NCBI GenBank assembly: GCA_977017575.1
Contig: CDRNVI010000054.1
Span: 558,001-622,000, forward strand
Direction of reading: 5' to 3'
Source: Paramoeba atlantica
Lineage: Eukaryota; Protista; Discosea
DNA: 64,000 nt
Made by a program: the position numbers and the translations under genes
In this document: in pieces, positions 22,831 through 35,030 of the stretch
Numbering within the stretch: the first letter of the stretch is position 1
Layout of the letters: each line of letters begins with the position of its first letter
The notes under the pieces: model-generated
The model's input: only the letters and a program-made list of their open reading frames with translations
What the model was told of the DNA's origin: nothing
The model's database searches: none

Positions 22831-23745
22831 GGACACTTGATAACACACTAAAAGCATTGTCTGAGAACTGTGATTTGATTGAAGTTTTCTTACAAAAGCG
22901 TATTTTTTACTTTAACTACGTCACTTAACTTATTTAACTCCGCAGTTTCCAGCCCGAAGCCTGGAGCAGGTTTCTCAAGGACCGCCATCGAAAAATATAT
23001 TACTGTCCCAGGGCTACGCTCACAGTTGGGACTTGGCAAACGGGGGCTTTTGCCTCCAGAAGTGGGTTTCGCTCACAGTTCGGTCTTGCCTCCGGAGGGG
23101 AAGACTAGGCCATTCAATTTGCTAAATTGCAAAAAAATGAAAATGTCAAAAACACCTTCGATGATTACTCATCGAAAGTCTACAACTTACCATGAGTACT
23201 CATCGAAGGTCCCCCCTAGCCGTACGTTTTAGGCGTATTAAATTTATTTATTAACGGATAAATTAATATAAATTAAAGATCTCAAAACGAAAATATGGTA
23301 TCATAACCCTACCATGACCCCTAATGCAAAAAATAAGGCGGGGCGCCTTATTGGTGGCCAGGGGTTTTTAGGGGTATTTTTATTCATTTATCCTTTAATA
23401 AATGCTTTGTCGGTAATGAATGGTAGAATTCTTTTTGAATTGATGCGCAAAAGAATTGAAGAGCCTCTGCACAAGTAAAAAAAATAGTACTCCTCCTAAA
23501 AGGAGATCGCAAGGTATATACGTATGACAGAAAAGGTTTCCTGCGTCATGCACTACAAGCCATTAATGTGGCTGTACAAAAAGGCAACGCCGCTATACTA
23601 TCCTCCGCGGTAAAAGAGTGGAGGAAGGCGGGTGTCCGCTAATGATGCATGTAAGAATGACATTGCAACATAGTCGACAGGCATTGCCGGAAAAAAATAG
23701 TAGTATTTTTTAAATACCCTTAATATTTTATCTAACTTACGTGTA

Positions 23746-24459
23746 ATGGATTCCCAAGCTCCATCCACGCGCCCTTCGAAAGTTCGTGCAGTGAGTGTAC
23801 CACAAGAAATGGATCTTGAGCGGCTCACCAGCAGTTTGTACACTCATCATGAGAGCTGGAGTTCAGATGTTTCCGCTTGCAAATGGAAAGGCATCAAGTG
23901 CAACTCTGAGGAGAAAGTTACAAACATAAAGTGGAACCATTAAAACCTGAGTGGATCCATGAAATTTGAGTATATTCCAATATCCGTTGAGACGCTCGAC
24001 ATTGAACACAACTATATACGTGGTGAACTTGTCCTAAGTGACCTTTTCCCTTTAGTAAATTTTACTGCTTTCTATCTAGGGGAGAACAAATTTACAGGCA
24101 ATCCGGATCTTACCAGACTTCCGAAGCTTTCTACTGCAGCGTGGATGGAAAGAAATGAATTGTCTGGTGATATATGCCTTACACAGTTGCCCATCGATCT
24201 GGCATATCTTGACGCTAGCGATAACTTGTTAACGGGAAAACTAGATTTGGGGGCACTCCCACGCACTCTTGAATCATTGTACTTGTCTGGAAACAAATTC
24301 GAAGGGATTATAGATTTATCGCTCGTACCGGAGAAGCTAGATGCCATTTCATTAGAAAACAATGAGCTCCTCGAAGGTACAATATTCGCGAGTAAACTCC
24401 ATCGGCGGTTAAGGAATCACATTGATGTATCGAATACCAAGCTTGTGATCTTAGATTAA
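23746..24459 (+). pseudogene. LRR gene with one in-frame TAA (23941-23943)
   Basis: SKVRAVSVPQE, SACKWKGIKC and IKWNH*NLSGSMKF; both ORFs share one frame. Confidence 0.85.
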
Positions 24460-24862
24460 GATAATAATTTAATACGCACTATGAATTTATGAATTCAGAT
24501 CCCTTTCATGAAATAAAGTATTAGAAAATAATTCATAAATTATGTGATTCATAAACATTTTTATGTTTTGTCCCTTAGCTCGATAGTCCCCTAGCTACAT
24601 ACCCGTATGGAAAATATGGATTTCCCGTAAATAAATTATTACTGTTAGTACTGTTTTGTGAACCCCCTTTATACGTAAAGAATTTCAAAAGTTCAGGTTG
24701 CCCCTTCAAGACCTTCTAAAAGTGTTCTTCTAAAAGTCCTGATAACGGCAGAAGTATAAGAAAGGGGATAATTACAATTCCTAGAGTTTTAGGATTGTCC
24801 TTTTAAAGTTCCAGAAAACTGTTTGCGCGGACGTCTCACGCGGAGCTAAGCTAAAGAACACC

Positions 24863-25415
24863 TTGTTGCCCCCTCATGTGCAACTTCTTTGTTTCTTAAA
24901 GCACGTGACGAATCCGCATTCTACATGGAAACAATCCGTCTCATTAACCGAATGGGAGGGCGTAGATTTAGATGAAGACGGAAGACCCGAATATATTGAG
25001 TTCACGAACCAACGACTAAAAGGCGAACTGAGCTGGAAGTTTCTCCTCGACACGGTCAACACTTGTATTCTTTACGGGACGGAGCTGATCGGAACGATTC
25101 CATGGAGCTCACTGCCACGGGCTCTGACTTGTCTTGAGTTACAACACTGTAAATTCTCTGGTGCTCTTACCACACGGCTGAATCAGCTTCCCGAGAGTGT
25201 CTCCACACTTAAGCTCAACGAGAACCTTTTTCAGGTCCTATAGAACTAGAGGCGTTATCTCAAAAACTCAAAGTGTTTTCCATTTCAAATAATTTATTAA
25301 CCGGGGAATTTGACCTCACTCGACTTCCCCGTACCCTTCAAACGGTTTGGGCCTCTGAGAACGGCTTTACGGGCCCTTTAGTGCTTACCTCTCTCCCACC
25401 CACGCTGGGCTCTTT
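24863..25415 (+). pseudogene. LRR gene, frameshifted near 25235 and truncated by an SL-headed insertion
   Basis: TEWEGVDL cap and LRRs; the frame shifts at ENLF/SGPIEL and ends ...LPPTLGSL at the SL relic. Confidence 0.8.
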
Positions 25416-25447
25416 AACGATAAAGATACAGTTTCTGTACCTTGTTG
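25416..25447 (+). other. Spliced-leader-like relic 3
   Basis: aacgataaagatacagtttctgtaccttgttg, identical to relic 2 but followed by different sequence. Confidence 0.78.
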
Positions 25448-25594
25448 TACTTTTTTTCCTAGCTCATCATTTCTCTCCCGGACACAGGCATATTTCTACT
25501 ATGTCAATGCCCGATGAACATTTTTCCGATGAACATGTATCGGGAAAATAATAATGTAATTTGTATCAGCTTGTATCAGTTTGTAGTAAACTTA

Positions 25595-25907
25595 AACCCT
25601 GTTCCGGGTTGTTGTGCCTAGAGCTACTTATTGTGCAGGGGGGGCACAATAAGTGGAAACGACCACTATTATTGTGCCCTCCCTCTAAAATATTTTACTC
25701 CCATTTTCTCGAACATAACTGTGTTTGTTCAGCAACGCACTCGTTAAATTGAACTCATTCTGCACATGAACGTGTTTGTGCACAAAAAAGGCGCCGCGAA
25801 GCGGCGCCAATTTTTTTTTACCTTTTTTTTGGGTTTTTCCAATATTTAGTTATTGTGCCTAGAGCCAGTTATTGTGCAGGGGGGGCACAATAACCCGGAA
25901 CAGGGTT
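25595..25907. mobile_element. 313-bp MITE
   Basis: TA|aaccctgttccgggttgttgtgcc ... ggcacaataacccggaacagggtt|TA. Confidence 0.85.
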
Positions 25908-25990
25908 TACTACAGATTGAATGTAGAGTATGTCAATACGTATTACTACGAATCTCCTACAGCATCTCATATCATTTACGCCAGCACATC

Positions 25991-26714
25991 AAACAAAATG
26001 AAGGAGTTGAGCGTCGCTCTTCTCGAGCATCGCCTTACAAAATTGCAACCGTTTCTCCTTGTGTTCGAGTGTGAGTGGTGGTCGTCGCCGAAGAGTGCGG
26101 AGCACAACGCCTTGCTTCTTCAATGTGTCGACTAGGGTCCGTCGACTGCAAGTGAATCCTTGGCTACGGATCTCTCGCAGAAGATCGCTCCAGCTCTCTA
26201 CGCCGTAAACAAGGTCGCGATACCCCTCGTCGGCAAGCTTGAGAGCCACATCCAGGAACGCAGGGGTAGCCACCGTCGAGACACGCTCTCGGGATGCCGT
26301 TAACACGTCACCCGTAAGGGTAAAACGTTCAACCCAACGTTTTACAGTGTTCTCATGAACACCAAAGTGCTGCGCCGTAGCGGAGTACGATCCTGTGCGC
26401 TCGTATTCCGCCACCAAAAGCATGCGGTGACTCTCTTTGACGGGGGCGGGGGAAGAATACGATCTATCGCTCAGTACTCCACGGGAAGTCCTCGAGCGAG
26501 CGCGCTTTTGGGGCATTTTCTAGTAAAAAATGTAATTCCTGCGAGGGAAAAATGCGAAATGTTGTATCAAAAAATATGTACGTTAAAATCACAGGATTTT
26601 AATGCGCCTAAAACATACAACTCTATGAGAGCTATCCAATGCGCTATTATTTTCCAAAATTGGACAACTTTTACGAATTTTAGACCCCCCCCCACCTTTA
26701 GACCCGCACCCCTG
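25991..26714 (-). mobile_element. Truncated copy of the Tc1-like element (transposase N-terminal half plus one TIR)
   Basis: Near-identical to 12062-12783; ends ...cgcacccctg|TA directly before the next LRR gene. Confidence 0.92.
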
Positions 26715-26717
26715 TAC

Positions 26718-27395
26718 ATGACGACGATATATTGTGGTATGTTTGTCCTAATTCGGCTAAGTGCAGTTGATGGGTCATCTCGGCCAAGCAAAGTACGTGG
26801 CACTGCTTTACCACAGGAGTACACATTGGCTCAATTTGTGAGTAATTTAACGGACAAGGAGTTAACATGGAGTGAGGAAACACCCGCGTGTGAGTGGAAG
26901 TACGTTGAATGCAATCCTGATAAGCAAGTCGTTTCTCTTGAGTGGAGCAACACGTTTCTTGATTCAGCGTTTTCTGACTACCCGTCCGTACAAGGGCAAG
27001 TGTTATGGGAATTTATCCCCAACACATTGCGTGTCTTTCGAGCCTGCCGGCAAGGCTTAACGGGGCCTGTGAAACTTTCCCTATTACCACCTCAGTTACG
27101 CATTTTCGTTATTAATCTAAATTTATGTGACGGAACGCTAGACCTGACTCTTTTGCCATGTGACTTAAAGAACCTTACATTGAATTCAAATAAGTTCGTC
27201 GGAGAAATTGACCTCACACGCCTCCCCGCATCACTTCAAAATTTGGACCTTCATAACAATAGGTTGCACGGAAAACTTGATCTTGCGAAACTTACTGAAG
27301 CGCTAATTGTCCTCAGACTTTCTGACAATTATTTCGATATTCCGGAATCTATTCCTGATCTTGTTGTGGTAGGTTCTCAGTCAAAATACTACTAA
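26718..27395 (+). CDS. LRR protein
   Basis: SKVRGTALPQEYTLAQF, WSEETPACEWKYVEC and 4-5 LRRs. The ATG at 26718 or 26739 is the plausible start, not 26355. Confidence 0.85.
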   Translation: MTTIYCGMFVLIRLSAVDGSSRPSKVRGTALPQEYTLAQFVSNLTDKELTWSEETPACEWKYVECNPDKQVVSLEWSNTFLDSAFSDYPSVQGQVLWEFIPNTLRVFRACRQGLTGPVKLSLLPPQLRIFVINLNLCDGTLDLTLLPCDLKNLTLNSNKFVGEIDLTRLPASLQNLDLHNNRLHGKLDLAKLTEALIVLRLSDNYFDIPESIPDLVVVGSQSKYY

Positions 27396-27739
27396 TGGAC
27401 ACATCGTGCAAGATTGGCATTTTCTATCGTTTCTGACTGCCTTGACTGCCACGAGTTTCACTGACAGACATTACTGAACAGTTTTTATAAAATAAGACAT
27501 TCTACATGTAAATTTATGTATAATTTTTTGTGTTTTTATGTATTTTATATTTTATGTATAACTTCCGCTCTACACTCGATGATTGAAAACAAGTGAAAAA
27601 AAGATTGAAAATATAGAGAGTGAAAATACTAATTATACTAATTAGTAATTAGTATAATATAGTATACTATAATAAATAATATAGTAATTAGTAATTATAC
27701 TAATTATACTAATTATACTAATTATAAAGAGTGAAAATA

Positions 27740-30700
27740 TAACCAGCCCCCACCCCTCCGTAGGGGTCAAGGGGCTGCCCCAGCTCTCCATCGAGGAGCT
27801 GAAGAAGGCGAGGCCGGACTTGGTCGTCCGTGTCAAGGAGCAGCACAAGTCATGTGCCTGCGACTTCTGTGGCCTCCCTTTCGTGCCAACCAGGCGGGAC
27901 AACCGCCTGTGTGAGGAGTGCGTTACTCTGCGCTCTCGGCACAGGAACGACGTTAGAGTGCGTGCCTCGACGCAAGCCTCAGGGACCCCTCCATCCCGTC
28001 CCACGTCTTCCTCTCGATCCTCCCGAGCCAACTTCACAGCCCGCAGGATCCCACGTTCTTCTTCCTCTCGGGGCAGATCCCGGAGCTTTGACTACGGTCG
28101 CCCCCACCCCCATCTTGAGGAAAGCTGCCAACGTTTCCTTCGCTCCCCTCCCCACCTCCGACAGTCGGAGCACGTCATACGTCCGCATCTCGACGCCTGG
28201 CCTGGCGACCGCCCCCCGATCACGTCGGACGCGATGGACAGCGACGCCCCCGCCCCGTCGGAGCGTTCGTTGAAACTCCCCACGCTAGGGCAACAGTTCA
28301 AGGCGATGGACGCTGTGCGCTTCAAACTCCTCCCCTCCCCTTCTAGCTCGGGGCTCCCTCTAGCCCAAACTGGAAGATGCTCTGTCTCTCTGCGTCTCCT
28401 CTCGACCCTACACTCGAAGCACGAGAGGATCTCCCTTGAGGAAATGGAGGCCCGGGCACACCGTGAGCTGACCCTGGAGGCTGTCAGTGGTCTGCACGCG
28501 GCCCAGAAAGCCATCGAGGATCGCTTTCTACTGATCAATGCGGGCCATTTGGTCTGCATCGAATGTGGGGTAGCCCAACCCCACCATGTAGCTCTACAGG
28601 CGCGCCTAGTAAAGGTGCACGGTCCCAAGCGTCTAAGGAAAGCTTCTATTGCCCTGTTAAAGGAGCATGCCCCTGAAGCCCTCCGGATCAAAACAGAGCG
28701 GTACGCCTCCATGCTGGCGTACTATGAGGGGTTCTGCGCTGAGGAAGCCCGCCTGCGCATGGCCCAGGTCAACACAGTGGCTAAAGGACCTCCATGGCTC
28801 GTGCCCCCCCTACGCTCCTTCCCTCTCCCCATTCCCAACTCCCCTCCTCCCCCCTCTCCTTTCCCCCCATCTCTACCGGCGGACAGGTCGGGCGCGTACC
28901 CGATACAGGCGAGAGCACCCTGTGGGGATGTCCCGGATAAACCATACGAGCCGATAGGGGAAGAGGTCCTCAAAATCCTCCTCGACATTGGCCCCGAGCG
29001 CTTGGGTCATATAGTCATCCCCTGCCCGCCCGAACGCTCGTTTCAAGCTACAATCAGCATTGTGGGCAACACTTTAGGGGTCCCCGGAGAGAGCCTGCTG
29101 CTGAAGGACATTTCCAGCGAAGCCACCCCCATCACCGACTCTGAAGGGCTGGACAGAGCGCAAAGAGTCGCGGTCAGCCTCTCCCTTCCCCCCTTTCCCC
29201 CAGGGCCTAGCGATGGGGCCACAGTCAGGGTGTATGACGGGACACACCACGGCATGATCTCCGCCCCAGGGGTGAGTGCGGCGCACGACATCCCCGCCGG
29301 TCTGAACGAGGTCTTGGGTATCCCCCGGATCATGACCGGTGCCTGGGAGCCCCGCAAATACGAAGAAGGGCTCCTTTGATGTTTCCTTCCCACAGAAACC
29401 CTGGTAAGCGAAACGGGCTGGACCACCCGTGTTGTTCAATGCAACCTCCGCAGAGGCTGTATCGAGGCAAACCCAGGTCCTCGTTCTAAGACGTGGCAGG
29501 CCCGGAGGGAGACCCAAAATGTCCTTACCCCCGGCGCTACAACCCCTACCCCGGGTGGGGAAGGTACTATTATGGAGGGAATCGCGGCCTCTACATCTCC
29601 TCGTAGGCCCTCCCGTCAGGAATGCGAGTGCCCCACCTCTCCTCCGCCGCCTTACCCCCATCTAGCTGGGACGGACCCTCCCTACAAGGCCCCCAGTGTC
29701 ACGCCCCCCAATACCCAAGGCGCGGTGACGGAGCCGGGTGACATCACGCCCTCCCCGGACAGCCTGGCACAGCTCCTTGAAAGGGGCTCGCTGCGTACCC
29801 TATACGCAGTTCAATGCCCTGCCTGGAAGGACTACACTAAGTCTGTGTGTAGCAACTTCCTGGGGAAGTCGTATGAAGGCAAAATTAAGATCGCCTGGGA
29901 TCTACTCCTCGGGGTTAAACGGTTTCTGTTTTTCCCCGAGGACAAAGTGTCCCAAAGGCAGCTGGCTAGGGAGCTTCGCAAACGGGATCACCTCGAGGGG
30001 TCGGAAACCATAGCTCCGATCCCCCTCCCCACCAACAGCTGTCCTAATCAACTCCCTCCCCCCCACGATGAGGGATTTTCTCACCGGAGCAAACCTCAAG
30101 CTTTTCAATAAGCCTGGGGCCCCGGTGGGACATCACTCATCCTACAGGCCCATAGCCATGGTGGAGGTCCTACTGAAGCTCGCGGGGCTACTGGCCCTCG
30201 AACAGGTCAGGGACCATCTCCCAGCAGTGTTTCAGGGCCTTCAATTTGGAGCCCAATACACCCAAGGCTGTGAGCATGTCATATACGAGGTGAGAGATCA
30301 CTTTCGTGACAGGCCCGACGAGTTGGTCGTGGCGGCCGATTTGGAAAATGCGTTCAATAGCATTTCACGCGCGGTCATATTCCGCGCCCTAAAAAGGTAC
30401 CCTAACCTATCCCCAATGATAGGGATCTCCCTTTTCGGGTACGGGACCCCTAGTAAACTCCACCTGGGGGAGGGGATACATATCCCTAGCCCCCGGGGGG
30501 TCAAACAAGGGGACCCGATGGCGCCCATCCTGTTCGCCTTAGGGTTTCAGGGGGCCATCTCGGCCGTGGCAGCCAAATACTCGGGTTGCCTTAAGCTACG
30601 GGCATATATCGACGATATAACCATAGCCGCGGAATCCGAGGTGTGCGTTAAGGCCCTTGGCTCCTTGGAAAAGGAGATCAAGTTTATGGGCTTAAAGCTC

Positions 30701-31991
30701 AACATGGCCAAGTGCAAGGTGGCTACCCGCCACCCGGACCTGTACTCGGCTTTCTCGGGGAGCCGGATGCAACACGGTCCGGGGGGACTGAAACTTCTGG
30801 GGGCGTACATTGGCGCCTCGGAAGCGCGGGAAGAGGAATGGGTCCTCTCCAAGGTCCCCAAGGTCACTAATTTCTTGGGTAAACTCAAGGATTTACCCAG
30901 ACAGTGCGCCCTCCCTCTCCTCCGCCTATGCGGGAGCCCCCGGTGGAACTACATAGTTCGCACGTACGAACCGGGGGTGACCAAAAAGGCGAACCTGCAG
31001 GTGGACGCGGCCATCACCGCATGCTCCGAAGCTCTTATCGGAGGGATGGGTGCAATGGGAACGACGCCGTTCGTAAACAAACTTTTTACGGCGGACTTCC
31101 TGGGCACCATCCCCTTCGAAGACAAAGCGGAGGACATGCAGGCCAAAGCAGTCAAGGCCTTACAAGGCCAGCCCCCCGGCACCCCCGCCAGGGAGCAAAG
31201 ACGCGCCTATGGGGCGGCTGCTTTGGACAAGGCACCGTCGGCCACGCATCTGGTCTGTATGCGACAGATCCAGAACATCCACTCGACCAAGTGGATGAAT
31301 GCGTGGCCGAACAGGCCGGAGTACTACATGCGGGATCCCGAATGGGAGACCGCCGCTAGACTCCGGTACATGGTGGCCCCCACCTCCGAACCAGAAATCC
31401 AATGTGTTTGTGGCGCGGCCCTCAAAAATGAGGAGTTCTGCGTCCACGCCATGGATTGTAAAAAGGTTCGGGGAAAGACACAAGCCTCTCGCCACAAGGG
31501 GGTCAAGGAAACTTTCCGCAACCTATTAATCCAGTACGGATTCTCCCCAGACCTCGTCGAACCTAGATTCGATAACGGTCGGGGACCGGACATTTGTTTC
31601 CTTTTGGGGCGGGAGCTAGTCCTAGTGGACGTGACGGTGGTAAACCCACTGGCCCCATCCAACGTGGATAAGGAGGCAGCTGAGCCCTCCTTCACCGTAA
31701 GGCAGGCAGAGCGTGTCAAAAGGCGCACTCACGAGGAAATGGCGGGGGCCAGGGAGATGGATTTCTTCCCTTTGGCCTTCACCACGTACAGTGTCCCCGG
31801 CCCCGAGACCCTTCAGTTTCTAAATCTGGTCGCTCGGAAGGCCACCGGCAAGAAGAATGGTTGCCTCAGCCATTTTATCATGGCAATCGGGGTAGCCATC
31901 CAAAATGGGAACGCCCAGATAGCGCATGCCGCGGTACAAAACTGGTACCGCAGAGGCGTGCGCTAATGGACTCGGGGGATGACAAAAAAAA
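27740..31991 (+). mobile_element. Near full-length CRE/SLACS-like non-LTR retrotransposon (frameshifted)
   Basis: N-terminal region with CxxC motifs (27820-29379), linker (29572-30111), then RT/RLE ORF 30068-31966 (YRPIAM, DLENAFN, GVKQGDP, YIDD, CVCG..HAMDC, GPDI..VDVTV). Ends gggggatgac plus A8. The 5' boundary is approximate. Confidence 0.88.
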
Positions 31992-32264
31992 TGGGGCCCG
32001 TTTTCTCAGTTTCTCTGACGTGTTAGTTTCATACTGTTTGCGTAGGATCTCCTTGACTCGGTTGATATCTGCAAGATCATCAAGAGTATAAGTTGCTGGT
32101 CTTATCAAGCCTCGGCGGCGTAGATTCTTCTCTTCGTCTATTCGGGATGGGAGGGCTTGTAGCACATTCGGGTCACGAGAACTTTGCATATGGCAAAGAG
32201 CTTCCCCGGTGCAAAGGTGCCATAATTGCGATATGCTTGTAAGATTCCATCCGTGTGAGGTATA
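31992..32264 (-). mobile_element. R2-like element fragment (host of the 32265-38725 insertion)
   Basis: Colinear with 12976-13248; continues at 40446 and 47924. Confidence 0.85.
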
Positions 32265-32739
32265 CAGGGGGGATCACCAATATCGGTACACCCGCCATTT
32301 TTGTGCCATGTGTCCGTTTCATCTGATTTTTTTTGCAAAAGAGAGATCTCGACGCGAATATCATCGAAACGACATTTTGCGCCTATTTAAACATACCTAA
32401 AAAGTAGGTTGTGCACGACAAAAACGATTTTTCTCAAAATTTGCACATTTGAAAATGTGTTTCGGACGCAAAGAACTATGAATGTAGTCATCCATGATAG
32501 ACAACAAGTTTTCTATCAAATTTAAGTCAGGTGACTTTGAGGACCCATCAATAATGTTTAGGCCTGACGGAAGCTTAATCTGTGCCGTTTTCCCATTTTG
32601 AGCTTAATAAAAGAGAATTGTATTCTTTAATAGACAATTTGGTTACAGACTACTTATATTGTACCCATATGAACTTTTTACTACTTTTTCCACTTTTTAC
32701 CTATTTTTCGTCTATTTTAACATTCAAATCAAATCAACA

Positions 32740-33879
32740 AACCTTGAATCACACCCCAATCTTCACTCTCTTCTTCAGAGTCATCTTCTATCTCTTCATT
32801 GTCGTTATCTTCGTCGTTTCTACTTCTTCCCTTTCCACTTCATCTTTTACGGACTTCAGAGCCAACAAAAGAGCGCGGAAGCGTTCTTGTCAGCTTGTGC
32901 TCTTAAAAAACAGCGTGTGTAATGAAACAACTTCATCGGCCTTATGCGGATGCATTGAGAGTCTTCCTTGCTTTCGTATTCCCCTCTTTACAGAAGAGTG
33001 GCACGACTCGGCATTGTTCGTATGTATTCCCTCCTTTGTAACAAAACGATAATTACCTTTTGTGCTGTGGTTCACGACTCGATGATCTCTTACGGCATTT
33101 AATCCACGGTACGCCCGCCAAGCATGTGTGTTTACGATCATGCGGTAGCTATCCACTGTATGCTTCTTCACAAAATTTTGTAAAGTAGTCCTGTCACTTG
33201 TTTCAACGCGCTTCCATATAGTGCGGCCACAACTACCATCTCTTTCGATCCCAGTAATTCTAGCCATGTAAAAAGATCTTTTTCTCACTCGGCATCCCCG
33301 ATGATATTTCCGTGGAAAGAGATAGGTTTCATCAACTGCGCACCTAGAGAACTTGATTTTCTCGTTGCGTTTCAATACGGCGTTATGAATCCATAGCAGA
33401 AGTTGTTTTTACCATTTGAAAACAGTACGTCGGGCTACCATACACTGTGAGGCCAGACTTGCCATTTCGAGCCGTTGGCAAAGTTTGGTCCAAAACATGA
33501 ATTTCATTTCTGGCTTTTTTTGTTTCGAAGAAAGAAAAGTTGCGAGCCTAGTGAGGCGTTTCCTGCATTTAGCACCACAATTTCTGCGCCACCAAATGGA
33601 CAATGAGGGATTCGCCTTGTGAGGAGTGCCAGGCAATTTATGTGTAGGGCATTTTTCTTGTCGCACTATTCCATGAGATATCAGGAACGACACAAAATTA
33701 TTTGGAATATCTCCATCATGCTTCCATCGGAGAATGCACCGAAGAGCACATATTGGACAAAAATACGTAGGATAGATGTACAGAGCCAAAAAATTAACAT
33801 TAGCAAAAAAGTGCGACAAAATACAAACAAAATGAAAAACAAAAATTTGGGTACAATATAAGTTCCCATTGCCCGTCAC
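32740..33879 (-). pseudogene. Merlin (IS1016/ISXO2-like) DDE transposase, decayed
   Basis: VDETY, RKYHRG, AWRAY, HRVVNHS and GIHTNNAESCHS motifs. ORFs 33409-33879 and 32890-33375 are in frame across one TAA. Acidic C-terminal tail is frameshifted. Confidence 0.85.
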
Positions 33880-34246
33880 ACCTTGCTTGTTGGATGCGTT
33901 ATGACAATATTAATGCCCTGATTCTCCCAGATGTTAACGTTTCATCTTGTCTACATGACCATACATATTATCTTTTATAGCAAGATATTCTTCCTTGTGC
34001 TCCACTGTTCCTATTACTTCCTTCCAGTCACTGTGCATTTTTTTTGGACAAATTGGCATGTCTTACTAGCGGGTGTCTCGGTCTAAAGGCCGACATCACG
34101 GCGGCATACCTCCGCTACTGTTCCAGTAGACTAACGCCTATCTAGGTTGTATCTAGACCAACACTATAAAATGAATAGATTAGCGAGCAATGTCTAAATT
34201 GTGTTAATTTCTCTGGCCTTGCTGTTGGTCATTTAGCTGCTTACTG

Positions 34247-34576
34247 CTGTACCCCCCCTAGTTATTTGTCACTACTTTGGGTGAAAAGGTGACAGATAAG
34301 TAGGGGGGTAGGGTGTGACCGATAACTAGGCGGATCAGCGTGCGACAGATCACTAGGAAGAAAGAGGAAGAAATAAGCGATATAATAGCACCCCGCACTA
34401 CCATTCGCTCAAAAAATGCAAAAAGAAAAAATCTAAGTTTCGTTTTAAGATTATTTTGGAAAAAAATAACTGAGAAAGTGAAACATAACTAGGGGGGGTA
34501 GTCGACGGATTTTTTTTGAAGAGCCAAAAAGTGAGATCTAGTGAGGTGACGTGTGACAAATAACGGGGGGGTACAG
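34247..34576. mobile_element. 330-bp MITE
   Basis: ctgtacccccccta-gttatttgtcac ... gtgacaaataac-gggggggtacag|TA. Confidence 0.75.
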
Positions 34577-35030
34577 TATATGAACCTGGTGTCTAATATT
34601 TCACTGGGGTCGGAATCTGGTTTATTAAGACAGCGTCGTTAATCCATTTCTGTTCGAACTATTTCTCATGTTACTCGTATTACGACTTGATGCAATGTCG
34701 CTGTTACGAGACTGTGGTTCTGCAGCATTTCGATGTCCAGGTATCCATCTTATGCTGAGGTGTAACTTCTTTTCTACCTTCCATTTCGAAATAAATCTTA
34801 CGATCGAGAAAAAGCGAGACACTGCGATATCTTTTCGCAATTTCGATTTTTGTGGCGATCTTGTCTGTGGCGAGAGCCATTCTTTATTGTGCAACAATTT
34901 CGAAAGTTCCGTGTAGTTCAAAAAAAGGTACTTTGTCTGAGAAATGTTTCCGAACAACGCGGTATAAACCACTAAAAACAATGTCTAAAAATAATTAACT
35001 TTCATTATATAAATTGCCTTCTCACTTTAC

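Noticed and set aside
17694-25447. SL RNA genes or SLACS-type target sites
   Set aside because: No GT-initiated SL intron or shared downstream sequence follows the exon-like string, there is no array, and the string is not duplicated at the 3' end of the element.
26355-27395. 346-aa Tc1-LRR fusion protein
   Set aside because: The first ~120 codons are the antisense strand and TIR of the Tc1 copy, also open at 12426-12770. The LRR gene plausibly starts at 26718 or 26739.
28092-31728. Many overlapping 60-200-aa ORFs in GC-rich retroelement DNA (also 13457-14921 and 18418-20499)
   Set aside because: They are shadow frames of RT-coding sequence without motifs.
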